From Rhizodiscina lignyota (taxonomy: Eukaryota): a stretch of 64,000 nucleotides of DNA. Shown here piece after piece: positions 12,239 to 26,553 of this stretch; the first letter of the stretch is position 1, and every line of letters starts with the position of its first letter. The notes below the pieces were generated by a model. The model had not been told where the DNA came from. It searched no databases and worked only from the letters and a program-made list of their open reading frames with translations. Location of the stretch: positions 1,240,001-1,304,000 of the forward strand of contig ML978123.1 in the NCBI GenBank assembly GCA_010015805.1. The letters run 5' to 3'. Both the position numbers and the translations under genes were made by a program.

Positions 12239-13583
12239 GATACTCACAACATACACAGATTGGGATTGGGATTGACGTCGCTGATACATCGGAAAGTGGA
12301 GCAACGTGGTTTTTCGTTTATGGGTTGCGGCGAGTGTTGACCGGGCTCCCGGTGTTGCTCGAAGCGCAGTTATTGCTCGAACTGTTCATCGTCTGGCTCT
12401 GCTGAGACCCCGCTGTATATCTCTCGGCTTTCGGCGACGTTCTCAGTCGCTTCAAGGAGTTTCCTCAACTACATTCAACTTACATGCTCGACCAGTGTGC
12501 TGCGGATGCTTGCTTTGCTCGGAACTCTGGTCTACTTGCTATTCACTTGCTTTTCGGTTTCCTTCTGCTATTCCCCTCGATGTCACTGAGGACATATCCA
12601 ACAGCCCTCACGGATTTCAGTCGGGAGATGTGGCAGTTGATTTGACATGCTTCCATTGCTGGCGGAGAGTGGGATACATGTGGTCTGCGCGGATTCCCCT
12701 CATATGTGTGGACGCTGGGCTTAGTGGATGGTCTCACCTCGTTCGTGCGCACCGGATGGGTCGGGCCCTTAGCATACAATGGCGTTCCTTTCACTCTGTG
12801 TAATGGGCATGAGGTCTCTTACAGTTCGAACAAATGAAATACTATGATTATGATATCTGTGCCTGTGACGTGCGGCTCCGTGCCTTTTTGGACGTGTCTA
12901 TTGACTGCAGTGTGATACTTGTGACCTATTTTTGGTACCGTGTAAGGCCTGGTTGAAGTCTGATCTGATCGTCGTCGTAAACAGCTTCTAGCCATGGTGT
13001 ACGTCTCGGGGAATCGATCATCTAGTTAGGGTAGTGAGTTCTTGCTTGTTTTATGATAATATTCACTTGACATATGTGATTTTTGGTCATTATCTCTGTG
13101 CTATTCTTAGTTTGTGGTCTCTTGGTGTGTATGTGGAGGTAAATATGTAGTATCTTGATAGTTACTTCGTTGGGAAAACGACCAAATACACCAACTTTGA
13201 TATCTCGCAACGCCACGGCATATCTACACCCAATAAACTTGTACATACCCTACTAATATAACCAGGAAAGCATTCAAATCTTAAATTCCCAATATAATTC
13301 AAAGTCTGGACCAGTATTCGGGTTGCTACCACGGAATCAACAGGTGCTGTTTACCCCAACCCTAACCCCGCCTAAGAATAGCAGCAGCCCGGCTCCCAAA
13401 ACTCCGCAAGCAACGCCCGCGGGCGAACTGCCGCTGTCGGGCGCGTTCGCAACACCATTCCCGAGGTCGGCTTCAGAATTTACAGATGACCCAAGAATTG
13501 ACACGTCAAACGCCAGCAGCCTCCCGGGCATATCGACAGCAGCGAAAGTCGAAAGTCCAAATGTCCGGCATCTATATCCCACC

Positions 13584-14626
13584 ATGATAAGCCTTGCGAC
13601 CGCTGGTCGGTCGACGCTCTTGCGCCGCACCGCCCAGCGCCAGAGTCCACATCAGCACCTCAATGTGTCGCGGAGAGCGCAGTCGACGAGACAGAGCCCC
13701 GACGGCACTACTTCTACGAACGCCGCAAATGTCGCGAGGCCGTCGAACTCGGCGCAGACACCGCCAGCGTCAAATGTCGCTGATGCGAGCGCGGGCGCGA
13801 CTGCGCAGACAATACCGATACCCGGCAACAACTGGCTCACTCCTTTTCAAGTCCCCATCCGCCACTATGTCAATATGAACCGTCGACGGCCGTACGTGAC
13901 ACAGTTGACGTCTACACTGATAATATGGCTGCTGGGTGACCTGTCTGCGCAATATGTGGCCTACGAGCCCCCGGCGCCAGGTGATGCGGCGGCGGTGAAT
14001 TCGGAAGATGGAGAAGACGAGACGAACACATCAAGTGGCTTCTGGGCTGCATACGACCCTAAGCGCACTGCGAGGAACCTGTTGATAGGTGGATTGGCGA
14101 GCATACCTGGCTATCGATATCTTTTGTGGCTCGGAGAGAACTTCAACTGGCGGTCGAAGGTCTTGTCGATTGGATTCAAGGTAGGCCGGACATATGCGCG
14201 ATACCGCTAGAGGAAGGGTATTCTGATGTTGTGCCATAGGTCGTGTTCAACCAGTGCACCTTCACACCGGTTTTCAATACATACTTCTTCTCCATGCAGA
14301 CCATTCTCACCGGTCTGACGAATGGCACCACCGTCACGATGGACGACATTGTCGAGAGAGTCATGCATACAGTACCCGCGTCCTGGCGCAACAGTTGGAA
14401 AGTGTGGCCTGCGGTTACCGCATTCAGCTTTTGGGCGGTGCCAGTTGAGCTGAGGAACGTCTTTGCCGGCGTTGTAGCGATCGGATGGCAGACGTACCTT
14501 GGACTTCTGAACTCGACGGCGGCGAAAGAAGAGATCGCGGAGCACGCTGCAGAGAGGGTTAAAGTTGCAGCCCCAGAGGGGGCAGTGCAGAGGAGTGGAT
14601 GCTCGAAAGAGCAGGCGACCGCGTGA
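13584..14626 (+). CDS. Mpv17/PMP22 family membrane protein with mitochondrial presequence; intron 14181-14239
   Basis: RRPYVTQLTSTLIIWLLGDLSAQ, YDPKRTARNLLIG, KVVFNQCTFTPVFNTYFF and SWKVWPAVTAFSFWAVPVELRNVFAGVVAIGWQTYLG match the Mpv17/SYM1 pattern. The N-terminus is Arg/Ser/Thr rich. Confidence 0.88.
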
Positions 14627-15203
14627 GGCATGGGAGAGGACTATCTATGATTTTAAATATTCTTCCATTTGTTTGGGCATGAGAGACATAGACATAGAGG
14701 GTACTACACAGCGACTGAAAGCATGGAGATGGGAGTGGCGTTTACAGCGTTGTTTCCTTGGGTTGACTCTTAAGCAGCGGCGAGGCCGTAGCTAACTGCC
14801 GCAATTTCATACCAACTAGAAGAGAGAACAAAGCGCACCGACCTTCGCGCTGCTGCCTAATTGAGCAGACGCGTTTTGATCAAAACAATGACATCACAGA
14901 TCACGAGTGCAGAAGAGCGAAGAGAAGTTTGAAGTATGACTGTCGTCGATTCATTTCCGTTGGAGAATTATGGTACAGTGGCCATGTATGCAGGGCACCA
15001 GAAGTTGCACCTATGTGAGCACCATGCCTGAAATTCCCTTCCCGTTGCCTTAAGCACCTTCATCATCCCCACTAGTGAAAATCCAGACCATCCCAAACGC
15101 CGTCAATAGAGAACCATGCCTTAACCCGTGCCTGCCATGTTGATCGAAAAGGTTGTCGACAAGCCAGAGGGGTATCTCAGAGAGAAGTCACAAGAAGGTA
15201 AGC

Positions 15204-16877
<1,674 letters not shown>

Positions 16878-18214
16878 GCGCGTCAATTTCTCTCATCATG
16901 GTTTCACGATTTTCCGGCAGCAACCGTCAGGGTTCTCAATCAAGCTGCTCTGGTTACACATGGGATGCGGTCTGGGTGTTTCTGTATTGATTCTGGGGAC
17001 ACATTTTTCAGTTGTATCATAGGCCTGGGAGTCACCGCTGGGAGTGACTCTGGAATGATACCATCATAATCAACTGCCTTTCGTGCCTAGCTGTTCTCGC
17101 GACCTCGTGACTGTCTTCCGTTCGACGCGTGACCTTCGCGTTTTCCAAAGTGGCGATCGGCCAAAACAATGGAGCTTTGACTCATACGCGTGATCTTGGC
17201 TTTGCGGTCTGAGTGGAATCTACCTGTGAGACAGCGAGTTCGGACGGGACTGGGTACATTGGTACCTTCGCGTGGCGACTAAACCCGCTTTCTTTCATCT
17301 CATCTAGCTGCTTCCGTCTCATCTCGGCCTGCCCATATCTTTCGGCGACATTCATTATTCTCGTTTCTTTTAAGCTATGTAAGTGAGCTTTCATTTGAAG
17401 GGGATAATCATGATATGGCAGGGGAACCAATCAGCGCATTCATGTTTTGGTCTTTCTGAATGTTACTCGTTGAGGTCATGCACCACTATTCGTCTGATCT
17501 TCTGCAAGCAAACACCTCATGTCAATGGGCCATCTATTTGTCATTCCCACGCTCTGGGCTATTTTCGGGCAGAATGGCTCTGGCGGCCTTTAATAACAAC
17601 CAAGTGTCAGAGCTGATTCAGTTGTTTCTGGATGGATGGTGGGGGTTCGGGGACGCGCTGGGACAGGGAGTGGCCCCGAAAGAGCGGAGCAGGGATATAG
17701 TGTTGTATAAGCAGGGTGTCGTCAACCGCTGCACGAAATTTTGAAAGAAAGTGAAGGCAAGGCAGACAGCTGAGACGGCGTATCTAAGTATCTCGCACAC
17801 GCCGCATTCCGTGCAGCCCTGATTCGGTTACATTGCATCGGTGGTGGTGTCCCGCGATCTGGCTGGGTGGAGCAAGCTTAGGCAGCGGAACAAGCCGCCC
17901 GCAAAAGCTGGATTGGCCACCCGCTCGGCCCTGCGCAGCACCAAGCTCACGGCTCGTTCATCATCAACGTCCTTCTCCACCATATCCCGCCTTTGCACCG
18001 CCTGCCAGAGCCTGACCAAACGTCCATCCCAAACTCTCCTCTTCGCATCGTCACCGTCGCCGGCGCTTCTCTCCGCATGCGTCGTCGGACCTCGCGATGA
18101 ATCTCGCTTAGCCAGTCCGGCGCAACCTCCCAGATCGGCCGACTCGAACCTCCGCTGGAGACGTGGGTCTCGGATGGCAGCATCGCTCACTGACACGCCC
18201 AATTCCGCGCAAAA

Positions 18215-21200
18215 ATGACAAAGAACGAGAACAGCGCTGCTCGCCATGGCTCGACGGCGAGCTCGGATAGCTGGCGGTCCAATGATACAATCAGACCTAG
18301 CTCGTTCGGCCTTCAAAGACGCGGTACGCCAGTCAAGGTCAAGACTGAGAAGGACTCGCAGTACGTAGCGGCCGATATTTCCTATTGTGAAGACTGTTCC
18401 GGATAGCATGAGGGCCGGAGCTCTTGGTACTATTGGCACAGATTCCAGTGTGGCGGCTTCTGTCTCAGTCTCTCAATTCCAGCTATCCTCCCTTGCGGAA
18501 TTCCATATCCTTTCTTCACGGCTCTATGAAGAGCTCTAAGCGTAGTAGCTTACGTGTGGCAATAGACAGCAGCAGGATTTGGAGGTTTCTCCAAGCTCCA
18601 CTGCTCCTACGACCAAATCTCGAGATGCTATTCCCGCCAGCATAGCACCATGGGAGCATGTAGGAAAGCCGGACTTTATCAACTATCGGAAAGACCTTCG
18701 TGCCCTCGAGACTTCTGGCAGGAGTATCCCTTCGATATCGAAGCAGCCGCCAACTGCCATTTCCCCGAATAATCCGCCTTGGGCGCAGAACCCACCAGTC
18801 GTGATGCCGACAAGCGTTTTTGGCAGCTTCTTCAATGATTCCTCTGAAGACGTGTCTCTCTCCCCAGGCTTCAGGCCAGGGAGCTCGCAGTATGGCGATG
18901 GACAATATGTAGGCGAAGATAGGCGACCTTCGGTCGCGAGTGCGACGACGGTCAGCAGCACGGGATCAAAGTCGAGTGTTGGACGAAACTTTCACAAGAA
19001 ACTCCAAGGGTTCTTCGGTGAAGACTTTCCTGGAACGGACTCGAGGCAGAATTCGGACGTTAGCCTACCACCAGATGCGCGATTGGACGCACATCGTGAT
19101 CAGGCAAGGAAGCGCAACAACTCGGTGAATGATGCCAGAAGCCGTCCTGGCTCTCCGGCAAGCTTTTCGCGACCCCGCACACCAATGGCATCCAGTGAAG
19201 TAACGCCATGGGAGTTTCAAGATTCAAAGGTATGTAATTACGCAATTGGCGTGGAGGAATGAGCTTGTGCCCTTTGCGGTTGCACGTGACAGCCGACACT
19301 TCAATAAGCGCTCTCCGTGGCACGATAATGATTTCCTTAATTGCTGTTAGCTGTGTCACTAACATTTGTCAAGGACCTGCCAGCACCTCCTGCCATACCA
19401 GAGAACCTTCGCGACCGCGCCAGCACGAAGGCACACAGGTTACACCTTCCTGGACACAGACACACCAAAAGCAAAGATGAACCGAAGACTTCTGATTACG
19501 GTTCAACAATCCCATTACGGCCCTCCATGAGTCGAGAAGATTCAGCCAGCTCGCGCCGAACTGAGCAGACCTTGAATGCAATGAGCTCCGCCACGAGTTC
19601 TCGAACAGGCTTGAACGCTCCTCGACCATCCAGTCCGACGCCTAGCTCAAACAGCGCTATGAGCAGAATGGCCGCGGCAGCACAACGGTCGCCAGACGCA
19701 GCAAATAGTGGGGGTAAACGGTCGCTTCTCGATAAAATAACACGTCGAGGTAAAGGGGACAAGCCAGAGACACTCAAAGATCTCCCATCGTCCTCTGTGT
19801 CCTTGCAGTCTCGACCTAATAAAATACCGAGTGCTGAACTGTCCCCAGGCCCTACCAAAAAGAGGAGCATCCCTCCAACCGAAGGTTTACCTCGTGGTAA
19901 TGGTCATATCTCCTCACGAGATGGAACGTCGAAGAAAGAACATGGACGATTACCTTTCAAGGGCCAGAAGAAAGGCCATGGAGGGGAGTTGGTACAGCCC
20001 AAGGACCCGAACGAGTTTGGACGACAATCTGAAAAGACTGGCGGCTTGTGGAACCTTGATACCGATCTGTCACACATGGAAGGCATCGTCAATGCACAAC
20101 AGCCGCCGATGACGCCGCCACCCGGTGAAATATACACCGGATGGCCAAACAACGAGAAGCCACAAGAGCCGAAGGAACAGCCTGAAGGCCCTGCTGGATC
20201 ATGGGATGCCCCTGACTCTTGGGGTGTGAGACGGGTTGGGGATGATGTCATGGGCAAGCTCAAGTTGTTGGACGACCGAGGCATGCTGGAAGAAAATAGC
20301 GGTCCTCCGTACTGCATTCGCATATTCAGATCTGATTCAACTTTTGCAACGCTTTCTGTCGGCCTATACACCACCGTTGCCGAGATCATCCAGACCCTGG
20401 GAAAGAAAACTGCTCTTTCAGATGATATCGACAGTTATCACATTCTGATGCGCAAGCATGACACTTCGAGGCAGCTGGAACCCCAAGAGAGGCCGCTGCT
20501 CATCCAAAAGCAGCTGTTGATGCAAGCGGGCTATACCGACTCTGACCGGATCGAAGACATTGGTCGAGAAGACAACAGTTACTTGTGTCGTTTCACCTTT
20601 TTGCCTGCGAAGATGACAGGATATGCGAGCTTCGAGAAGGACCCCGGCTTTAACAAGCAACAAAAGCTCTCGCACGTTGACCTCCAAGGGCGCAACCTAA
20701 TCACCATTCCTATCACACTCTACCAGAAAGCAACCGACATCATATTCCTGAACCTTTCTCGTAACCTCAACCTGGACGTCCCGACCGACTTCATCCAAGC
20801 TTGCACAAATCTTCGCGAGATTAAATACACTGGCAACGAGGCCTGGCGCCTCCCTCGTAGTTTGAGCCTAGCAAGCAGGTTGTCAATCCTGGACATCAGC
20901 AACAACCGCCTCGAGCAGCTCGACCATGCAGACTTGAATAAGCTGCAAAGTCTACAAGCTATCCGCATGTCGAACAACAAACTGAGTCGCTTGCCGAGCC
21001 ATTTCGGCCAATTCAAGTTCATGCGCAGTCTCAATGTCTCATCAAATTCTCTCACAGAGTTCCCGGAATTCCTGTCCGATCTCAAGACGCTTGTAGATCT
21101 CGACATCAGTTTCAATTCCATTTCTAGTTTGCCCAGCATTGGTAACCTGACCAATCTCGAGAGATTGTGGGCAACCAACAACAAGCTTAGTGGCTCTTTA

Positions 21201-24200
21201 CCGGATTCCATGAAGAACCTCGTTAACTTGAATAATATCGATATTCGCTTCAACGCCATAACGAATATTGATATCCTTGCCCAGCTGCCGAAACTGGATC
21301 ATGTTGATGTCGGACACAATTCGATTTCAGCATTCGAGGGAGCATTCCCCAAGATACGCAAGTTCCAGATCAATCACAACCCGGTCACAAGGTTTGGATT
21401 TACGGAGGCGATACCCACCTTGTTGATCTTGGACTTGAAAGGGGCGAAGCTTGCACAGCTGCCGGACGACTTGTACGGTAAAATGCCAAATCTCACCAAA
21501 CTGCATCTGGACAAGAATCATTTTGGCGCTGTCTCTCCGCAAATAGGAAGACTCGCGAAACTGGAACATCTGAGCATCGCAAGGAATGACCTCAGCAGCT
21601 TGCCTGGTGAGATCGGGAGATTGGGAGAGTTGAGATATCTTGACGTTCGAGAGAACAATCTGAACTCGTTGCCTGCTGAGATCTGGTGGGCGAGAAAGTT
21701 GGAGACGCTGAATGTGTCGTCTAACGTCCTAGTGTCGTTCCCTAAGCCAGGCGCTCCAATGCCGAATTTGCCAAGCACTACGGAGTCGACGCCTGTCAGT
21801 ACGCCTGGAACCAACACTCATCACAACTTTGAGGAGTTGGGAAGACTAGAGGATTTTGCCGCGAGGAGACCCAGCCAGGCTTCAGGGTACTTGAGCGTCG
21901 GTAGCTCTCCTGGGGCAAGCACTAGGAAGGGATCTATGAGCTCAGGTCATACTGCGAGTGGTCGCAAGCCATCTGTCATTTCGAGGACAACTGAAGGAAC
22001 AATCACGCCCATTTCGAGGAAGGATTCGAGTATATCTAGTCGACTTGCGACAACGTTTGCTGGTTCCTTGCGCCATCTGCTGCTTGCAGACAATCGTTTG
22101 TCGGATGATGTGTTCGATGAACTGGCGCTGCTTCCCGAGTTGCGTATCCTCAACCTTTCTTACAACTACCTCATCGACGTTCCTCCTCGCACCTTGAGAA
22201 GATGGCAACACCTGACCGAACTTTACTTGTCAGGCAATGATCTGAGCTCCCTCCCAGCTGAGGAACTCGAAGAAATCAGCTCTCTCAAAGTCCTTCTTAT
22301 CAACAGCAATAAGTTCCAAGTGCTTCCGGCAGAGCTCGCCAAGGTCCAAAAACTAGCTATTATGGATGTTGCAAGCAACCTACTGAAGTACAATGTCTCG
22401 AATTGGCCATATGACTGGAATTGGAACTGGAACCACAATCTCAAATACCTGAACATGTCCGGAAACAAGAGACTGGAAATCAAGCCCAGCGGTCAGGCTG
22501 TGGGCCGTGGAGGCAAGGACCTTACGGACTTCACATCCTTGACCAAGCTGAGAGTCCTGGGTCTCATGGATGTCACGCTTATGGTCCCTTCGGTGCCCGA
22601 TCAAACGGAAGATCGCAGAGTTCGCACTGCAGGGTCGACGGTCGGAAGCATGGCGTACGGTATGGCGGATAGCTTGGGGCGCAATGAGCACTTGTCAACT
22701 ATGGACATGGTGGTCCCAAGATTCAGATCGCACGATGATGAGACCATCGTCGGTATGTTCGATGGCCAATCTCTCACTAGCGGCGGAAGTAAGATTGCCA
22801 GATTCCTCTACGAGAACTTTAAGCACAGGTTTGCCGAGGAGCTGGAACGCTTGAGGCCGCAGGACAATCCACAAGATGCGTTGAGAAGATCCTATCTAGG
22901 CTTGAACAAAGACCTTGCAACAGCAGCAAGTCACGGCCAAGAGAAAGGCATGAATGGAACCACCAGCATGGGTCATCGACCTAGTATTGCGATGCCTGAG
23001 CTCACCGAAGACGATTTGCAAAGTGGTAGTGTTGCGACAGTACTGTTCTTGAAGGATATGGAACTATTTGTGAGCAATATCGGAGACGCACAAGCGCTAC
23101 TGATCCATTCAGAAGGAGGACATAGGATTATTACCAGAAAGCACGATCCTGCCGAGGCCAGTGAAAGGGCGCGGATCAGAGATGCAGGAGGTTATGTCTC
23201 CAGGCTGGGAAAACTGAATGACTCGCTTGAGGTTTCCAGAGCGTTTGGTTACTTCAGGATGGCACCCGCGGTTATTGCGGCACCTCATGTCTCCCAGATC
23301 ACCATCCGCGAATCGGATGAGATGGTTCTGCTCGCGTCTCGCGAATTGTGGGACTATCTGACCCCAGATTTTGCTGTCGATGTCGCGAGAAGCGAGAGAG
23401 GCGATCTCATGCGCGCGGCCCAGAAACTGAGGGACCTTGCTATCGCATTTGGCGCAACAGGCAAGATCATGGTCATGATGATCGGTGTGAGCGACCTACG
23501 CAGGAGAGAAAGGGCCAGGTTTAGGACCCATAGCATGAGCATGGGTCCGACTGGTGAGAAGGACGAAATCTTTGCAAGTGCGACAAGGAGAGGGAAGAGG
23601 GGACGAGATGCGGTTGCGGACTCGAAGCTCGCGAGGTTGGATCAGGAGGTCGACGCACCAACTGGGGACGTAAGTCTTGTGTTCACCGACATCAAAAACT
23701 CAACAATCTTGTGGGAGACATATCCGATTGCCATGAGATCTGCAATCCGTATGCATAACGAGGTCATGAGACGGCATTTGAGGATCATTGGCGGCTATGA
23801 GGTCAAGACTGAAGGTGATGCTTTTATGGTGGCTTTCCCGACAGTGACCTCTGCGCTGCTGTGGTGCTTCACCATCCAGTCGCAGCTTCTTGATGTCGCT
23901 TGGCCACAGGAGATCTTGAGCAGCATCCACGGACAAGAAGTCATGGATTCTGACAACAATGTCATCTTCCGCGGCCTCTCGGTCCGCATGGGCATCCACT
24001 GGGGCCAGCCAGTGTGTGAAGTCGACCCTGTCACCAAACGCATGGACTACTTCGGTCCCATGGTCAACAGAGCCTCGCGTATCTCATCGGTTGCAGACGG
24101 TGGTCAAATTACAGTGTCTTCCGATTTCATCGCGGAAATCCAACGCCTCCTCGAGACGCACATCGAGTCGGACAGATCTGGGTCGACCGGCTCGGAAGAC

Positions 24201-24878
24201 ACGCTTCACGACGACATGATAAATCAAGCCATCCGCCGCGAACTTCGCTCACTCAGTAGCCAAGGTTTCGAGGTTAAAGACCTTGGGGAACGCCGTCTCA
24301 AGGGCCTTGAGAACCCTGAATATATATACCTAATGTATCCTCACTCTCTCGCAAGTCGTCTTGTCATCCAGCAACAGCGCGCTGAAGCGGAGGCGCAGGC
24401 GCAGGAGAGCGGTGCGGCGGCGGCGAAGATGACGAACAGTCAGCTCAGCATCGACACGCAGAATGTATGGGATCTTTGGAATGTCAGCTTAAGGCTGGAA
24501 ATGCTATGCAGCACACTTGAGAGCACAGGGGTCGCAGAGCTCAAGCCACCGGAGACGCAATTGCTGGAGCGCATGAAGAACAACGGTGGAGAGATCACGG
24601 ATCGTTTCTTGCTTAATTTCGTGGAGCATCAGATCTCCCGCATCGAGGTAAGCTACAGACATCTCATGTTCCCTGGGACCGGCTTGTGAGCTAACAATGG
24701 GCAGACGTGCACCACAACCCTAGCGCTCCGCAACCTCGTGCGACCCTTCAACGCAGGCATGCTTTCACAAGCTTGCCCGATGCAGGATATTTTCGGCGAG
24801 CTGCATGCGAATATGCAGGAGCTCTCCGCGCTGAGGGATGCCGCTGCGGACGCAGACTTCGAACTGGCGCCTGCGTGA
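18215..24878 (+). CDS. CYR1: Adenylate cyclase (RA domain, LRRs, PP2C-like domain, class III cyclase); about 4 exons
   Basis: Motifs include WDAPDSW, YCIRIFRSDSTFATL (RA), many LxxLxLxxNxL repeats, NWPYDWNWNWN, PP2C-like GMFDG, and VFTDIKNST / EVKTEGDAFMV / DYFGPMVNRASR (cyclase). Introns at ~18361-18564, ~19230-19374 and ~24648-24704. Confidence 0.97.
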
Positions 24879-26553
24879 TCCGACTTTAGCGTCCACCTAT
24901 CCCGATTACAAACCACTGCACCGCCTTATATCCTCCCGTACATAATCTGATGCCCGTTATCGCGGACACTCTGACTGGGTCAGAGCTCTCTAGTTTTCTT
25001 GTAATTGGCACTGGCGTCTGGGGCCAGTGAGGCATATGGGTGGGATTGGTAAGGTTCGAGAACCGCGAGGAACGGGTTGGGCTATTTTATGGGGCTCGGG
25101 TTTGATATGTCTCTTCCTCATATGCGACTGACACGGGCGGTTTTTGCGTCTCTTGAACGATTGACGTGTTAATGAATTGCATCTGGTGGACAGCACGGCT
25201 TGAGCAACTTGTTTTGGACAGCACACGCGCAAGAGACAATATCCATGGCAACTAACTGGCGCCCTTTATTTTGAGCATTTGGGCTTGTTATTATGAGTCG
25301 AGCCTTTTATTCTTATGATAGTCGTAGCTGCGAATACGAATTTTGAATTCAATTTCAAGAGTGTCCCTCCCACCTTGAGCATGTGCAGACACCTGAATGT
25401 GCCTCCCGATTCTTTCGTAGGTTCCTCCTCTCGTTGTAGCAGCCGTGAAAAGCGCTCCACCCCATACAACGAGCATTTCTACTATCTGTATCCTCTAGTT
25501 TGTTCAGCTACTTCTCCAGATATCTTTCTGCACGTATTAGACCGTTTGTCTCGTAGAATGCATCCGTTCGCGCACTGCATATTGAGTTATTACCTGGGGC
25601 TGCTTGTTGCGCTGTCGTTGACTGCGTAGATTTCGTATATTTTACAATTGCGGCCTTGTTTACATGCCGTATAGGCCCATTAAAACTTCTCTAACTCCAT
25701 CGAAGAACTTACAGAGCTTCCCCAATTGCTCGAGTGCGTATTCGATTGGACTTGGGATCTGCTGGTGTATGTAACTCACCACGGGCTTTGCAATATCCAT
25801 CCAACTATTGCTCGAATTTCGCAGTTGCGCGCTGCACCGCAGATAATCGAGATTCTTAAGCTTCTGCTCGACGGCTCTGCTCATATCAAAATACAAAATT
25901 CGGGCCGCAATCACATAGTTCTTGAACTCTATCATAATATAAATCCAAGGGCCTCTGAACTTCAATATGCTTTCCCAATAAATATAATACGTGGTTTGTT
26001 GCAAAAACTTGCCTTGCAAAAGGCAGATACTTGACGTTCTGACCCAACGATTTTGTCACCAGCTTCCTCGCTTTCAAGTAAGATACTTATGTCTCGCAAG
26101 CCAGAGATAAACATGAACGCTGTTGCTCAGGGCGAGGGAAAACGGCTTGGTCAGTCAAACTGACATGTCAAACTCGTTGTACAAGTTGGTGAAGAAGACT
26201 CCTGTTCAAGTCGAAGTGAAGTTGCAACAACGTGAGTTCAACCAGGAAAGGTCGCCCCGGTTGGGTGGAACGACGGGTGCGAGCCGCCCCCGAAACGGGT
26301 TCCCAGCCACCGAAAATAATTCCAGCTTCCGGGTGGATCACGGACGTCCCCCTACCCCTGGATCGAGACTGGAAAGAATGAAAGGGCTTTTTAACATTTC
26401 AACTATTTCGCCTGAGGAAGTTTTTCCCATAACTCTGGCAATGACCCTAGCAATCCGCTAAAACAACACAGAATGGTGCCGCCCACTTACGATGCCCTAC
26501 TTCTATCATCCCGTTTTCACTAACCATTACCTCAAGTATGTCCTTCATGAAGT

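Noticed and set aside
13323..13583. 87-codon TTG-started in-frame extension before the Mpv17-like ATG
   Set aside because: It begins in promoter-like sequence, has no recognisable motif, and would bury a good mitochondrial presequence. There is no independent support.
17024..17056. GAGTCAC...GTGACTC hairpin downstream of H4
   Set aside because: Short, and unlike the metazoan histone stem-loop. Fungal histone mRNAs are polyadenylated.
26270..26320. HDV-like ribozyme resemblance on the minus strand (GGCTGGGAAC-hairpin-GGCG)
   Set aside because: No matching P1/P2/P3 partners or canonical J4/2 strand could be found.
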